Positions 48,334 to 58,966 of a stretch of DNA of 64,000 nucleotides are shown piece by piece; positions within the stretch are counted from its first letter, which is position 1, and each line of letters starts with the position of its first letter. A model generated the notes under the pieces. That model did not search any database. It was given only the letters and a program-made list of their open reading frames with translations, and was not told where the DNA came from. Made by a program: the position numbers and the translations under genes. The DNA comes from Prochlorococcus sp. AG-679-M23 (GTDB lineage Bacteria; Cyanobacteriota; Cyanobacteriia; PCC-6307; Cyanobiaceae). Where the stretch lies: the NCBI GenBank assembly GCA_003208875.1, contig QCUR01000001.1, forward strand, positions 358,117 through 422,116, given 5' to 3'.

Positions 48334-50946
48334 TTGGATCACACACTTGTTATTGTTGAAAGTCCCACAAAGGCAAAAACTATTAGAAAGTTTTTGCCTT
48401 CTAATTATGAAGTTTTAGCTTCCATGGGACATGTAAGAGATCTTCCAAAAGGAGCAGCTGAAATTCCTGCATCAGTTAAAAAAGAAAAATGGTCAAGGAT
48501 AGGTGTAAACACTACAGAAGATTTTGAACCACTTTATATTGTCCCAAAGGAAAAGAAGAAGGTTGTTAAAGATTTAAAAAATGCTTTAAAAGATGCTACT
48601 CAATTGTTACTAGCAACTGATGAAGATAGGGAAGGAGAGAGTATAAGTTGGCACTTAATGCAAATTCTTAAACCAAAAATCCCAACTAGGCGAATGGTTT
48701 TTCATGAAATCACTAAAAAGGCAATTAATAAGGCACTTGATGAGACAAGAGAAATTGATATGGAATTAGTCCAGGCTCAAGAAACGAGAAGAATTCTTGA
48801 TAGGCTTTTTGGATATGAACTTTCTCCATTACTATGGAAAAAAGTAGCTCCCAGACTATCTGCTGGTCGTGTTCAGTCTGTTTCAGTAAGATTGCTTGTT
48901 AAGAAGGAAAGAGAAAGGAGAGCGTTTAAAAAAGCCTCTTACTGGGGATTAAAAGCCTCTTTGCTTAAAGATAATATTTCTTTTGAATCTAAGTTATTTA
49001 GTCTAGATGACCAAAAAATCTCCAATGGTTCTGATTTTGATGAAAAGACAGGTAACTTAAAAAAAGGTAATAAATCTTTAATTTTGACCGAAGACAGGGC
49101 AAAGAGTCTTCTCAAAAATTTATCCAAGGAAAAGTGGAAAGTCTTAAAAGTAGAAAAAAAACCTACAATTAGGAAGCCTGTTCCACCCTTTACTACTAGT
49201 ACTTTGCAGCAGGAAGCTAATCGAAAACTTCGACTATCTGCAAGAGAAACAATGAGATGTGCTCAAGGCTTATATGAGAAAGGTTTCATTACATATATGA
49301 GAACTGATTCAGTACATCTTTCTGAACAAGCGATTAGAGCGGCGAGAGAATGTGTAAATTCAAAATATGGGAAAGAATATTTATCAAGCTCAGCTCGTCA
49401 ATTTAATTCAAATGCTAGGAATGCACAAGAAGCACATGAAGCTATCAGGCCGGCTGGAGAAGTATTTAAAACTCCAAATGATACAGACTTGTCAGGAAGA
49501 GATCTCTCTTTATATGAATTAATTTGGAAAAGAACTGTTGCCAGTCAAATGGCGGAAGCAAAATTAACAATGATTAATGCTGAAATAGAAGTTGGGGAAG
49601 GATTATTTAAGTCAAGCGGAAAAAGTATTGATTTTGCAGGTTTTTTTAGAGCTTATGTAGAAGGTAGTGATGATCCAAGCGCATCACTAGAACAGCAAGA
49701 AGTCATTCTTCCTGATTTAACTCAAGGGTCTGTTCTAGAAGTTGATAGCAAAGAGGCTACTTATCATGAAACCAAATCACCAGCTAGATATACTGAGGCT
49801 GCATTAGTCAAAGTTTTAGAAAAAGAGGGAATAGGAAGACCTTCTACTTATGCAAGTATTATTGGAACAATTGTAGATAGGGGCTATGCAAATATTTCTT
49901 CAAATTCCTTGTCGCCTACATTTACAGCTTTTGCTGTTACGGCATTATTAGAGGAACACTTTCCTGATCTTGTTGATACTACATTTACGGCAAAAATGGA
50001 ATCTTCATTGGACGAAATTTCTTCAGGTAATCTTGAGTGGCTTCCATATTTAGAAACTTTTTATAAAGGTAAAAATGGTCTTGAGGTAAAAGTTCAGAAA
50101 ACTGAGGGTGATATTGATGGGAAAGCATACAGACAAGTTGATTTTGATGACTTACCTTGCGTAGTCAGAATTGGTTCTAATGGCCCATGGCTTGAAGGGG
50201 TAAAAATAGATGAATCAGGAAATGAAATACAGGCAAAAGGTAATCTTCCTATGGATATTACTCCTGGAGATTTAGATAAAAAGAAAGTTGATCAAATTCT
50301 TAGTGGCCCCTCAGATCTTGGAACTGATCCAAAAACTGGAGAGCAAGTATTTTTAAGATTCGGCCCTTATGGACCTTACGTTCAATTAGGAAATACTGAA
50401 GAAGACAAAGCGAAGCCAAGAAGGGCCTCTTTACCAAAAGAGTTAAAAACTGATGACTTAACTTTATCGGAAGCTCTAGAACTTTTAAGCTTACCTAAAT
50501 TGTTAGGAGAACATCCAGAAGGTGGAATTGTTGAGGCAGATAGGGGAAGATTTGGTCCATATATTAAATGGATAAAAAATGAAGATGAGTCTGAAAATAG
50601 ATCTTTAAAAAAAGAAGATGATGTGTTTAAGGTTGATCTTAAGCGCGCATTAGAAATCCTCGCGATGCCAAAATTAGGTAGAGGAGGACAAGAAGTAATA
50701 AAGGATTTCGGAAAACCTAAAGAATTAAAAGATAAAATTCAGATTTTAAATGGAAGATATGGACTATATATAAAGTGTGGAAAAACAAACGTTTCTTTAC
50801 CTAAAGATACTGATTTAGAAAAATTTACACTTGATAATGCTTTGGTTTTATTAGAAGAGAAAATGAAAGATAAAAAGAGCTCTGGTTTCAAAAAAAATAA
50901 AGTAATTAGTAAAAAGACCTCAAAGAATAAAAAAAGTAAAAAATAA
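48334..50946 (+). CDS. topA: DNA topoisomerase I
   Basis: IVESPTK, ATDEDREGE, SAGRVQ, ITYMRTD, C-terminal GRFGPY repeats. Confidence 0.98.
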   Translation: MDHTLVIVESPTKAKTIRKFLPSNYEVLASMGHVRDLPKGAAEIPASVKKEKWSRIGVNTTEDFEPLYIVPKEKKKVVKDLKNALKDATQLLLATDEDREGESISWHLMQILKPKIPTRRMVFHEITKKAINKALDETREIDMELVQAQETRRILDRLFGYELSPLLWKKVAPRLSAGRVQSVSVRLLVKKERERRAFKKASYWGLKASLLKDNISFESKLFSLDDQKISNGSDFDEKTGNLKKGNKSLILTEDRAKSLLKNLSKEKWKVLKVEKKPTIRKPVPPFTTSTLQQEANRKLRLSARETMRCAQGLYEKGFITYMRTDSVHLSEQAIRAARECVNSKYGKEYLSSSARQFNSNARNAQEAHEAIRPAGEVFKTPNDTDLSGRDLSLYELIWKRTVASQMAEAKLTMINAEIEVGEGLFKSSGKSIDFAGFFRAYVEGSDDPSASLEQQEVILPDLTQGSVLEVDSKEATYHETKSPARYTEAALVKVLEKEGIGRPSTYASIIGTIVDRGYANISSNSLSPTFTAFAVTALLEEHFPDLVDTTFTAKMESSLDEISSGNLEWLPYLETFYKGKNGLEVKVQKTEGDIDGKAYRQVDFDDLPCVVRIGSNGPWLEGVKIDESGNEIQAKGNLPMDITPGDLDKKKVDQILSGPSDLGTDPKTGEQVFLRFGPYGPYVQLGNTEEDKAKPRRASLPKELKTDDLTLSEALELLSLPKLLGEHPEGGIVEADRGRFGPYIKWIKNEDESENRSLKKEDDVFKVDLKRALEILAMPKLGRGGQEVIKDFGKPKELKDKIQILNGRYGLYIKCGKTNVSLPKDTDLEKFTLDNALVLLEEKMKDKKSSGFKKNKVISKKTSKNKKSKK

Positions 50947-50948
50947 AT

Positions 50949-51533
50949 ATGGGTTTTATAAAAAATAAATTATTTATTTTTATTATCTTAATTTTATTAC
51001 AATCTTGTTCTGGAGGAAGAATTGGAAATTTTTTTGAGTCTAGTTTTAAAAATATTGAAGAGAAAAAAATAAAAGAAGATGTCAAAAATAATTTAAAGAA
51101 TAAGATTGTTATTAATTCTGGGGGAATTGTAGAAAAAAACAAGAATATTGAAGAGAAAAAAATAAAAGAAGATATTAAAAATAATCTAAAAAATAAAGTT
51201 GTTATTAAATCTGGGGGAATTGCGGGGAAAAACAAAAATATTGAAGAGACAAAAATGAAAGAAGATCTCAAAAATAATTTAAAGAATAAGGTTTTAAAAA
51301 AGTCTGAGAAGAAATCAAAAAAAAATAAAATAACTGCTGATAAAAATATATCCTTTCAAAATAGAGAATATAAGCCTAAATCATATAAAATTATTTTCAT
51401 TTTAAAAGATGTAGATCCAAAAGATCCAACTGCAGATTTAAGGACCATTTTGAGAAATTCTGATGTAAATTTTGAAATAGAAAAGATTGAACGTTATTTT
51501 GATCCAAAAAATAAAACTATAAAAAGTAATTAA
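50949..51533 (+). CDS. Lys-rich lipoprotein with internal 31-aa repeats
   Basis: Lipobox LQSC; repeat NIEEKKIKEDxKNNLKNKxVIxSGGI. Confidence 0.8.
   Translation: MGFIKNKLFIFIILILLQSCSGGRIGNFFESSFKNIEEKKIKEDVKNNLKNKIVINSGGIVEKNKNIEEKKIKEDIKNNLKNKVVIKSGGIAGKNKNIEETKMKEDLKNNLKNKVLKKSEKKSKKNKITADKNISFQNREYKPKSYKIIFILKDVDPKDPTADLRTILRNSDVNFEIEKIERYFDPKNKTIKSN
51048..51293 (+). repeat. 93-bp in-frame tandem repeat, about 2.6 copies
   Basis: AATATTGAAGAGA at 51051, 51144 and 51237 (period 93). Confidence 0.92.
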
Positions 51534-51554
51534 ATATTTATACAAAAATTTCAT

Positions 51555-52193
51555 ATGAAACTTTCAAAAAAAAATGAGGCACTTAATATAATTGAACCAG
51601 CATATTTAGCCTCTCTCTCTTCATTACTTTGGATAGCTTTATATTATTTACCTATAGGAGGAGCTTTGTTGAGATTAATATTACCTCTACCTATAATCTT
51701 GTTGCATTTGAGAAGAGGAACTAAAACTGCATTTGAAGGTCTCATAATACAATTTCTTTTGTTGTTGATACTTATGGGTCCAATAAGAGGAACTTTATTT
51801 TTATTCCCATATGGGATATTAGCTTTTTGGCTAGGGTGGTCTTGGTTTATGGAAAAAAATTGGTGGCTTAGTTGGTGTGTAGGTTTTGTTCTTGGGACAC
51901 TTGGATTTTTTATAAGGGTATTTGCATTATCAACTTTAGTTGGGGATAATCTTTGGATAATAATTACAAGAGCAAGTTATGGCCTTATAGATAAATTTAT
52001 TGAACTATTTAATATGCCATTCTCTCCTTCGATCCAAATTATCCAAATAGTTGCAATATTATTAATAATTTTTCAAGAAATGGTATATGTTTTAACTATA
52101 CATATACTCGCATATTCCCTTTTCCCTAGATTAAATTCAAATATTCCTGATCCTCCAAAAATAATTAATGGATTTGTTGATTTAGGTCTCTAA
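51555..52193 (+). CDS. DUF2232-family membrane protein
   Basis: E.AYLAS, PLPI.L..LRRG, LMGPIRG. Confidence 0.8.
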   Translation: MKLSKKNEALNIIEPAYLASLSSLLWIALYYLPIGGALLRLILPLPIILLHLRRGTKTAFEGLIIQFLLLLILMGPIRGTLFLFPYGILAFWLGWSWFMEKNWWLSWCVGFVLGTLGFFIRVFALSTLVGDNLWIIITRASYGLIDKFIELFNMPFSPSIQIIQIVAILLIIFQEMVYVLTIHILAYSLFPRLNSNIPDPPKIINGFVDLGL

Positions 52194-52207
52194 AATAATT
52201 TTATATA

Positions 52208-53365
52208 ATGCAAACATCGTATTTAGGGATAAATTTATTTGGAAGTAAAGGTAATCAAAAATTGTTTTCTGAGAGGGTAGATTTTCTTAAGAAAGAAATT
52301 AATAATTTTATTTTCTATCTTGTGATTGCAGGAACAGAAACATCTCAAATTCAAGGTATATCCGCAGCAGGAATTAATTCAAAAGCCAGAAGAAGAACCG
52401 CCTTAGCAGACGCTGAGTTTCTTCTTTTTGGGGCCTCAAAAGATCATAAGTATAAATTACCCTTTTTAAATGCAGGAGTTACTCCTGCCTTAATAAGCTA
52501 TGTATGTAGGAAACTTATATGCGCAAGTCCAATAGTTGTTCCTATAGGAATAAAAGAAAAACCTTACTTTAGTCATTTAATTGTGGAGAATTATTTAGTA
52601 GGCCCAGCTAAATGTTTGACTACTGGAAAATCTATGAATAAAGAGAGAGTTTTGAGTCTTTACAAAAAAGGACTAGAAATTGGAAAATCTACGAAACAAC
52701 CCATATTTATTTCAGAATCTGTACCAGGAGGAACTACAACTGCTCAGGCAGTAATGGAAGCTTTTGGCTTAAATGTAAATAATTTAATAGGGAGCAGTTT
52801 GATTAATGCTCCTAGGAACTTAAAAACAAAAGTAATTAAAGCTGGTCTTTTAAAAGCAAATTTAAAAAATAATTTTGACTCTTTAGATGTTATTTCTTCA
52901 GTCGGAGATCCATTTCAAGCCTTCTCTATGGGATTATTGATTGGAGCAAGATTAGCTAAGCAATCAGTTGTATTATCTGGAGGTAGCCAAATGTTAGCTG
53001 TAATTTTACTTGCGTTGGAATTTATTGATTCTAAACAAAAACAGGAATTTGTTGATTTCGTTTTTATAGCTACTACTGGATGGTTGGTTAAAGATAATTC
53101 ATTGGGTGATTTATTAGATTTAATAAATGAAAAACACAATGTAAATTTATTAGGATTTGCAAGCTCTCTGAATTTTAAATCATCTACATTTAAAGAATTG
53201 ACTGATTATGAAATAGGTTATGTAAAAGAAGGGGTTGGTGCTGGTGGGATGTCAATTCTTGCTTTTCTTAAGGGTTTTAGTAATGAAGAAATAGTTTCAA
53301 GGTGTCAAATTAATATTGAAAGAATGAAGGATTTAGGTCAAATTTCCTTAAACAAGGATTGTTAA
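52208..53365 (+). CDS. cobT: Nicotinate-nucleotide lower-ligand phosphoribosyltransferase (cyanobacterial/archaeal CobT type)
   Basis: GISAAG, ESVPGGTTTA, VGDP, GGSQM, Y..GYVKEGVGAGG. Confidence 0.88.
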   Translation: MQTSYLGINLFGSKGNQKLFSERVDFLKKEINNFIFYLVIAGTETSQIQGISAAGINSKARRRTALADAEFLLFGASKDHKYKLPFLNAGVTPALISYVCRKLICASPIVVPIGIKEKPYFSHLIVENYLVGPAKCLTTGKSMNKERVLSLYKKGLEIGKSTKQPIFISESVPGGTTTAQAVMEAFGLNVNNLIGSSLINAPRNLKTKVIKAGLLKANLKNNFDSLDVISSVGDPFQAFSMGLLIGARLAKQSVVLSGGSQMLAVILLALEFIDSKQKQEFVDFVFIATTGWLVKDNSLGDLLDLINEKHNVNLLGFASSLNFKSSTFKELTDYEIGYVKEGVGAGGMSILAFLKGFSNEEIVSRCQINIERMKDLGQISLNKDC

Positions 53366-54367
53366 ATGCCTAAAAATCATCCTACAAGAAGGCAATTCCT
53401 TAATTACGGAAAACTATCTCTCCTTTTCTTTTTAAATTCATGTAGTAATTCTTTAAAAAAATTTAAAATTGGTTTTCAAAGTTCGATTTATCCAAAATCT
53501 TTAAAAGATACATTACCTTCGATTTGGCAAAAAGAAAATATTAATTTTAGTAAGCTTAAATTAGAAAAAAATAAAATAAAATTATCTAATTCAGACTTTA
53601 TTTTGGTTAATGATGGATGGCTAAATAGTATTGATTTTACAAGTTTTCAAAACATAAATAATTTATTTTCAAATGATATATTAGATAATAGATCGCGAGA
53701 TTTTTTAAAAAGTTTTAAAGAATATCAACGTGATAAATTATTTCCGGTAGGTGTTGTTCCATATGCAGTAATTATAAAAAATAATAAAGATCTAATTTAT
53801 GATGCTAGTAATTCTTGGGATTTTCTTCTTGATGAGAAGTTGAAAGGAAAAATTATATTCCCTCAAAGCCCGAGAATATTAATTTCAATTTCAAAAAAAA
53901 TTAGTGTAAAAAATTCACTTAGCAAACTGAAAGAACAAGCAATGTTATTTGAGGATAAAAATTCAATAAATTGGTTAATTAATTCTCCTGCATCTGTTGC
54001 GATTATCCCCTTTTCACTATGCGAAAAATATCTTAGGGTTGATTCAAGACTTTCGATTGTTTTCCCAAATAAAGGTGTTCCTTTAATGTGGAATTTTCTT
54101 CTAACTAAATCAAAAATTAATAATATTGTATTAACTGATTGGATTAAGTCCTTAGATAAAAGGTCTACTATCGATAAGTTAGCTAATCAAGGTTGGTATT
54201 TACCTTTTAAAAATAAATACTCTCAGGAAAAATACAATATCAAAATTGAAAAAAATAATTATGGTCCATCTAAAAATTGTTGGGAAAATAGTTGGTCTTT
54301 TTCACCTCTAAATAAAGAAGAGCAATTAAGTCTAGAAAAGTTGTGGAATCAATCATTAACCCCATAA
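53366..54367 (+). CDS. Extracellular solute-binding protein (PotD-like, divergent), Tat lipoprotein
   Basis: TRRQFL twin-Arg plus LNSC lipobox; W..LLD..LKGKI, P..G...W. Confidence 0.7.
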   Translation: MPKNHPTRRQFLNYGKLSLLFFLNSCSNSLKKFKIGFQSSIYPKSLKDTLPSIWQKENINFSKLKLEKNKIKLSNSDFILVNDGWLNSIDFTSFQNINNLFSNDILDNRSRDFLKSFKEYQRDKLFPVGVVPYAVIIKNNKDLIYDASNSWDFLLDEKLKGKIIFPQSPRILISISKKISVKNSLSKLKEQAMLFEDKNSINWLINSPASVAIIPFSLCEKYLRVDSRLSIVFPNKGVPLMWNFLLTKSKINNIVLTDWIKSLDKRSTIDKLANQGWYLPFKNKYSQEKYNIKIEKNNYGPSKNCWENSWSFSPLNKEEQLSLEKLWNQSLTP

Positions 54368-55498
54368 TCTTTTTTTAGGCTTTTCACTTAATAAGTTGTG
54401 AGTTTCTTTTAATAAAGCTGGTATATTTAATTTGCTAGGACATTTTGGAATACATTCATTGCAATCTAAGCAAAAAGAGGCATCTTTTTCTTCCCACCAG
54501 TGGCCTGCCCTCCCTATTAAATTATATCTTTCTTTAGCAAATTCTAATTGACCATACCCAATAGATATATTTCTCAAACGAAGTATTTCAGGAATAGGAA
54601 TTTCACTTGGACATGGTAGGCAAGATCTACATTGCTCACATTTTGAAGACTTTAACTCTTCATTTGCAAAATGTTCGATATTTTCTAATGCACTAATTTC
54701 AGAAGATGTAAGTTTTTGACTTGAGTTTATAAGCTTTTTTGCAATATTAAAATCTTCAAATTTTGTAGCGCCTAAAGATAGAGTTGTAATTCCTTTCGAT
54801 AGTAAAAATCTATAAGCTAGCTCCAGAGGATGGTATGGTGCTGATGCTCTTAATAAAGATTCGTTTGGAGCATATAATCTTCCACCCTTATCAGCAGGGG
54901 ATATTGCTAATACACCCATTTTCTTTTTTAAAGCTAGTTGGGCAAGGCTTATTTTTGATTGATCTAAAAAATGTAAATGAAGATTGCAAAAACTAAAAAC
55001 TTCACAGTTAATTGCATTTTCAATGAGTTTATAACTGCCATGTGAACTGAACCCAACTTGATCAACAAAGCCTTTTTTAATTACCCATTTTAAAAACTTC
55101 CCCCCCTCTCCATTTAGAACCCAATCTAAATGCTCTTCTAAATTTATTCCATGGAACGCAAGATTATTTATTTTATTTAACTTTAAATTTTTGAGTGAAT
55201 TTTCGAAATTCTCTTTTAGATAATTAAAATCTCCTTTAGGTAATACTTTAGTAGTAATTATCCATTCTTTCCTAAATATATTTTCGGAAGCTTCTAATTC
55301 CTTTAATGACTCCCCGATTAGTTTTTCAGCGTTACCGTAAGCAGCAGCAGTTTCTAAATGATTAATGCCCGCATCATGAGCACTTTTTATAAGGTAATTC
55401 ATTTTATCAAGACTCTCTGTCGCTCTCATTGTGCCTAAAGTAAACAAACTTACATCGCACGCTTTTCCAAATGATCTTTTCTTAGAATCAATTATCAT
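54356..55498 (-). CDS. Aldo/keto reductase with C-terminal 4Fe-4S dicluster
   Basis: LGTMR, GINHLETA..YG, CxxCxxCxPCP and CxxCxxCxxxCP. Confidence 0.9.
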   Translation of the reverse strand: MIIDSKKRSFGKACDVSLFTLGTMRATESLDKMNYLIKSAHDAGINHLETAAAYGNAEKLIGESLKELEASENIFRKEWIITTKVLPKGDFNYLKENFENSLKNLKLNKINNLAFHGINLEEHLDWVLNGEGGKFLKWVIKKGFVDQVGFSSHGSYKLIENAINCEVFSFCNLHLHFLDQSKISLAQLALKKKMGVLAISPADKGGRLYAPNESLLRASAPYHPLELAYRFLLSKGITTLSLGATKFEDFNIAKKLINSSQKLTSSEISALENIEHFANEELKSSKCEQCRSCLPCPSEIPIPEILRLRNISIGYGQLEFAKERYNLIGRAGHWWEEKDASFCLDCNECIPKCPSKLNIPALLKETHNLLSEKPKKRLWG

Positions 55499-55609
55499 CT
55501 TTATATGATTAATACCTGCTTAATAACTTTTTAATTTATTTATAGTAGAAAATGTTTTAAAGTAAATCAAAGTTAATAATAGTTTTTCAAATAATCTTTA
55601 TTTAAAGTT

Positions 55610-56269
55610 ATGTTTACAGGAATAGTTCAGGCAATAGGAAAACTTAAAAAGGGAAACCCCCTTTTAATTATTGAAATTCTAGATCAGCCTTTTGATATGC
55701 AAATAGGTGATAGTATTGCAGTTGATGGAATTTGTTTAACAGTAAAAGAGATTTCAAATAATCAATTTAAAGTAGATGTAAGTGAAGAAACTTTAAAAAA
55801 GACTACTTTAGGAGAAAAATCTAATATTAACCAAATAGTTAATTTAGAGCCAGCTCTCCGTATATCGGATCGTCTTGGGGGCCATATAGTTAGTGGCCAT
55901 ATTGATGGTTTGGGAAAAGTTGAAAATATAGAAAAACTTGAAAAATCATGGCTTTTATCAATTAAGTGGCAAAATAAAAACTTTTCCAAATATATCGTCG
56001 ATAAGGGAAGCATATGTGTAAACGGCATTAGCCTTACAATTGCAAAATCTCAAAATGAAGGGGAAATTTTTACGATTGCAATTATTCCACATACATGGGA
56101 AAACACTAATCTCAAAAATTTAGCAATTGGCGATAGTGTAAATCTTGAAGGAGATGCATTAATAAAGTACGTTGAAAAACTACTTAAATTTAATGAGAAT
56201 ATAGATTCAGAAAACTTTCCGCTAGAAATCTCCTCAAATTGGCTTAAAGAGAATGGCTGGAATAAATAA
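55610..56269 (+). CDS. ribE: Riboflavin synthase (alpha chain)
   Basis: MFTGIV, GDSIAVDGICLTV, GGHIVSGH, NGISLT. Confidence 0.96.
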   Translation: MFTGIVQAIGKLKKGNPLLIIEILDQPFDMQIGDSIAVDGICLTVKEISNNQFKVDVSEETLKKTTLGEKSNINQIVNLEPALRISDRLGGHIVSGHIDGLGKVENIEKLEKSWLLSIKWQNKNFSKYIVDKGSICVNGISLTIAKSQNEGEIFTIAIIPHTWENTNLKNLAIGDSVNLEGDALIKYVEKLLKFNENIDSENFPLEISSNWLKENGWNK

Positions 56270-56274
56270 TATTC

Positions 56275-56628
56275 TTAATTTAATGGAGTAAGGGAGATGA
56301 TTTTAGAATCTTTTTTCAGATCAATTTTATATTCTTGACCTGGCTCTAATCCTAATTTTTTTGTATAGGCATGACCTATCAATAAGTTACCATTGCCATG
56401 AACTTTTGTTTTGAATTCTGCTTGCCTCCCTCTTGAAGATCTGTTCCCAGCCCTACCAGCGCCACTATTACTTAACTTGTACCCCTTAGCTTCAATAAGT
56501 GCTCTATAAAAACTTTTTCTTAAGACTCTTCCACTAGGACCTACATAGCCGCAGCCTCTTGCTATTTCATCCTCAGATTTATTGCTGAGTAATTTAGATT
56601 TTTCTAGAAGTTCTTTTCCTACAAGCAT
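56275..56628 (-). CDS. Cyanobacterial AbrB-like regulator
   Basis: L.GKELL, ARGCGY, FY.AL.EAKG, V..NGNLLIG.AYT. Confidence 0.9.
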   Translation of the reverse strand: MLVGKELLEKSKLLSNKSEDEIARGCGYVGPSGRVLRKSFYRALIEAKGYKLSNSGAGRAGNRSSRGRQAEFKTKVHGNGNLLIGHAYTKKLGLEPGQEYKIDLKKDSKIISLTPLN

Positions 56629-56725
56629 TATATGAGCTTTTTCTTATTATATATTCTTACCAATAATGAGAATTGTGGCAATACAAGTTAATAAAAAATA
56701 GATTTTTTGAAGAATAAATTCTCTA

Positions 56726-57328
56726 TTACAAGAGATACAAAATTATAAATAAAATAACCCAAATTCCATCTACGAAATGCCAATATAATTCAACAGCTTC
56801 TAATGGGAACATGTTTTGATTAGTAATTCTTCCTTTCTTTGGTCTTGTTTGCCAAGAAATAATTAATATCATTAATGTCCCTAAAGTTACATGTAAACCA
56901 TGAAAGCCAGTTAAGGCATAAAAAGTACTTGCAAATAAATTATCCGTTAGTCCGAACGGCAAATTAAAATATTCAAATAGTTGACATATTAAAAAAGTAA
57001 TCCCAAGTAGAGCAGTGACTAGTAACCATTTTTGAGTATCAGAATTTTTATTTTTAATAAGAGCTTTTCCTGCTTTATGAAAAGTCGCGCTACTTACAAG
57101 CAATAAAATTGTATTTAATGTAGGTATGGGAAGTTCTAATTCATAAATAGCCCCATCTGGTAAAGGATTAACTGCTTTATATGTGAGGTAGGCAGCAAAG
57201 AAGCCAGCAAAAGTCATCCCATCTGCAATTAAAAAAGTTATTAATCCAAACATCCTAAAGTCTTCATGATGTTCACCCGCCTCAATATCATTTTTTTTAA
57301 TTTCTTTTGAACTGTCTAGTGTTGTCAT
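56726..57328 (-). CDS. ctaE: Cytochrome c oxidase subunit III
   Basis: TGFHGLHV, YWHFVD.IW. Confidence 0.96.
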   Translation of the reverse strand: MTTLDSSKEIKKNDIEAGEHHEDFRMFGLITFLIADGMTFAGFFAAYLTYKAVNPLPDGAIYELELPIPTLNTILLLVSSATFHKAGKALIKNKNSDTQKWLLVTALLGITFLICQLFEYFNLPFGLTDNLFASTFYALTGFHGLHVTLGTLMILIISWQTRPKKGRITNQNMFPLEAVELYWHFVDGIWVILFIILYLL

Positions 57329-57340
57329 GGTGTTTTTTGA

Positions 57341-58966
57341 TTAATTTTCTTGAGAAATTGGTTTGCCATAACCATAAGGTTCTTCAACTAGAGGTGCTTC
57401 GCCTTCCCAATTTTCAACAGGTGGGGGAGAGGATGTTAACCATTCAGGAGTTAAAGCATTCCAAGGATTATCCCCAGAATCCTTCCCATTTTTAATACTT
57501 AAGAATATATTTACTAAGAATGGAATAGTACTTATAGCCATTAAGAGAGCTCCTAGGCTACTAATCTGATTAACAAATTGAAATTGTGGATCGTATTCCG
57601 CAACTCTTCTAGGCATTCCATTAAGACCAAGCCAATGTTGAGGAGCGAAACATAAATTAAAGCCAATAAAAGTTATGGCAAAATGTAGTATCCCCAGTTT
57701 TTCGCTCATTAACTTACCGGTTACCTTTGGGAACCAATGATATATAGATGAGAAGATAATAAAAACAGTCCCTCCATAAACTATGTAATGGAAGTGAGCA
57801 ACAACGAAATATGTATCATGCACGTGAATATCAAAAGGTACCTGAGCAAGAGCAACTCCTGTAATACCGCCAAATACAAAATTTATAATAAATCCACATG
57901 AGAATAACATTGCACTATTGATAGATATTTTCCCACCCCATAAGGTTGCAACCCAATTAAAAAATTTAATTCCAGTCGGAACTGCTATAAATGCTGTCGC
58001 AATAGTAAAGAATAATCTCATCCAAGGAGGGGTACCACTTGTAAACATATGATGAGCCCAAACAACTAGACCAAGCACAACTATTCCCATTATTGAAAAA
58101 ACCATTGTGGTATATCCAAAAAGTGGCTTTCTTGAATGCACTGGAAGAATTTCACTTACTAGGCCGAAAGCAGGAAGAACCATTATGTAAACAGCTGGAT
58201 GAGAATAGAACCAAAATAAATGTTGGTAAACAACTACGTTTCCGCCTAAAACAGGGTTAAAGAAACCGGTATGAGCAACAATATCAAAGCTAAGTAATAT
58301 TAATGTTCCAGCTAAAACTGGAGTTGACAAAACTACTAATAAACTTGTGCCTAGCATCGCCCAACAATACATAGGTAATTGCATCAGCTTTAACCCCGGT
58401 CGCCTTAATTTGATAATTGTTGCAATGAAATTTATCCCTCCAAAGATAGAGCTGCCTCCGAGCAACAAAACACTCATTATCCAAATGATTTGTCCTGATT
58501 GAGGGGTGGTTATACTCAAAGGTGGATAAGCCGTCCATCCTGCCTGTGCAGCCCCCTCAACAAAATAACTAGCTACTAACATTAAACCGGAAGGAGGTAT
58601 CAGCCAAAAAGCTACAGCATTCAATCTTGGGAATGCCATATCTCTAGCTCCAACGTAAAAAGGAATTAAATAGTTCCCAAATGCACCATTTACTACAGGA
58701 ACAATCCACAAGAAAATCATTATTGTCCCATGTAATGTTAAAACTTGGTTATATACATCTCTAGGCATAAAGTCTGACATTGGACTTGCTAATTCAATTC
58801 TTATTGCACTTGCCAAAGTTCCTCCAATTAAATAAAAAAGAAACCCGCATACAAGATATTGAATACCAATTACTTTATGATCGAGACTAAAACTAAAATA
58901 TCTAAGCCATCCTTTAGGTTGAAGACTTTTGGTATTACTATCCTGTGGATCAATTGATATCGTCAT
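57341..58966 (-). CDS. ctaD: Cytochrome c oxidase subunit I
   Basis: HGTIM, WFYSHPAVY, WAHH, AHFH. Confidence 0.98.
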   Translation of the reverse strand: MTISIDPQDSNTKSLQPKGWLRYFSFSLDHKVIGIQYLVCGFLFYLIGGTLASAIRIELASPMSDFMPRDVYNQVLTLHGTIMIFLWIVPVVNGAFGNYLIPFYVGARDMAFPRLNAVAFWLIPPSGLMLVASYFVEGAAQAGWTAYPPLSITTPQSGQIIWIMSVLLLGGSSIFGGINFIATIIKLRRPGLKLMQLPMYCWAMLGTSLLVVLSTPVLAGTLILLSFDIVAHTGFFNPVLGGNVVVYQHLFWFYSHPAVYIMVLPAFGLVSEILPVHSRKPLFGYTTMVFSIMGIVVLGLVVWAHHMFTSGTPPWMRLFFTIATAFIAVPTGIKFFNWVATLWGGKISINSAMLFSCGFIINFVFGGITGVALAQVPFDIHVHDTYFVVAHFHYIVYGGTVFIIFSSIYHWFPKVTGKLMSEKLGILHFAITFIGFNLCFAPQHWLGLNGMPRRVAEYDPQFQFVNQISSLGALLMAISTIPFLVNIFLSIKNGKDSGDNPWNALTPEWLTSSPPPVENWEGEAPLVEEPYGYGKPISQEN

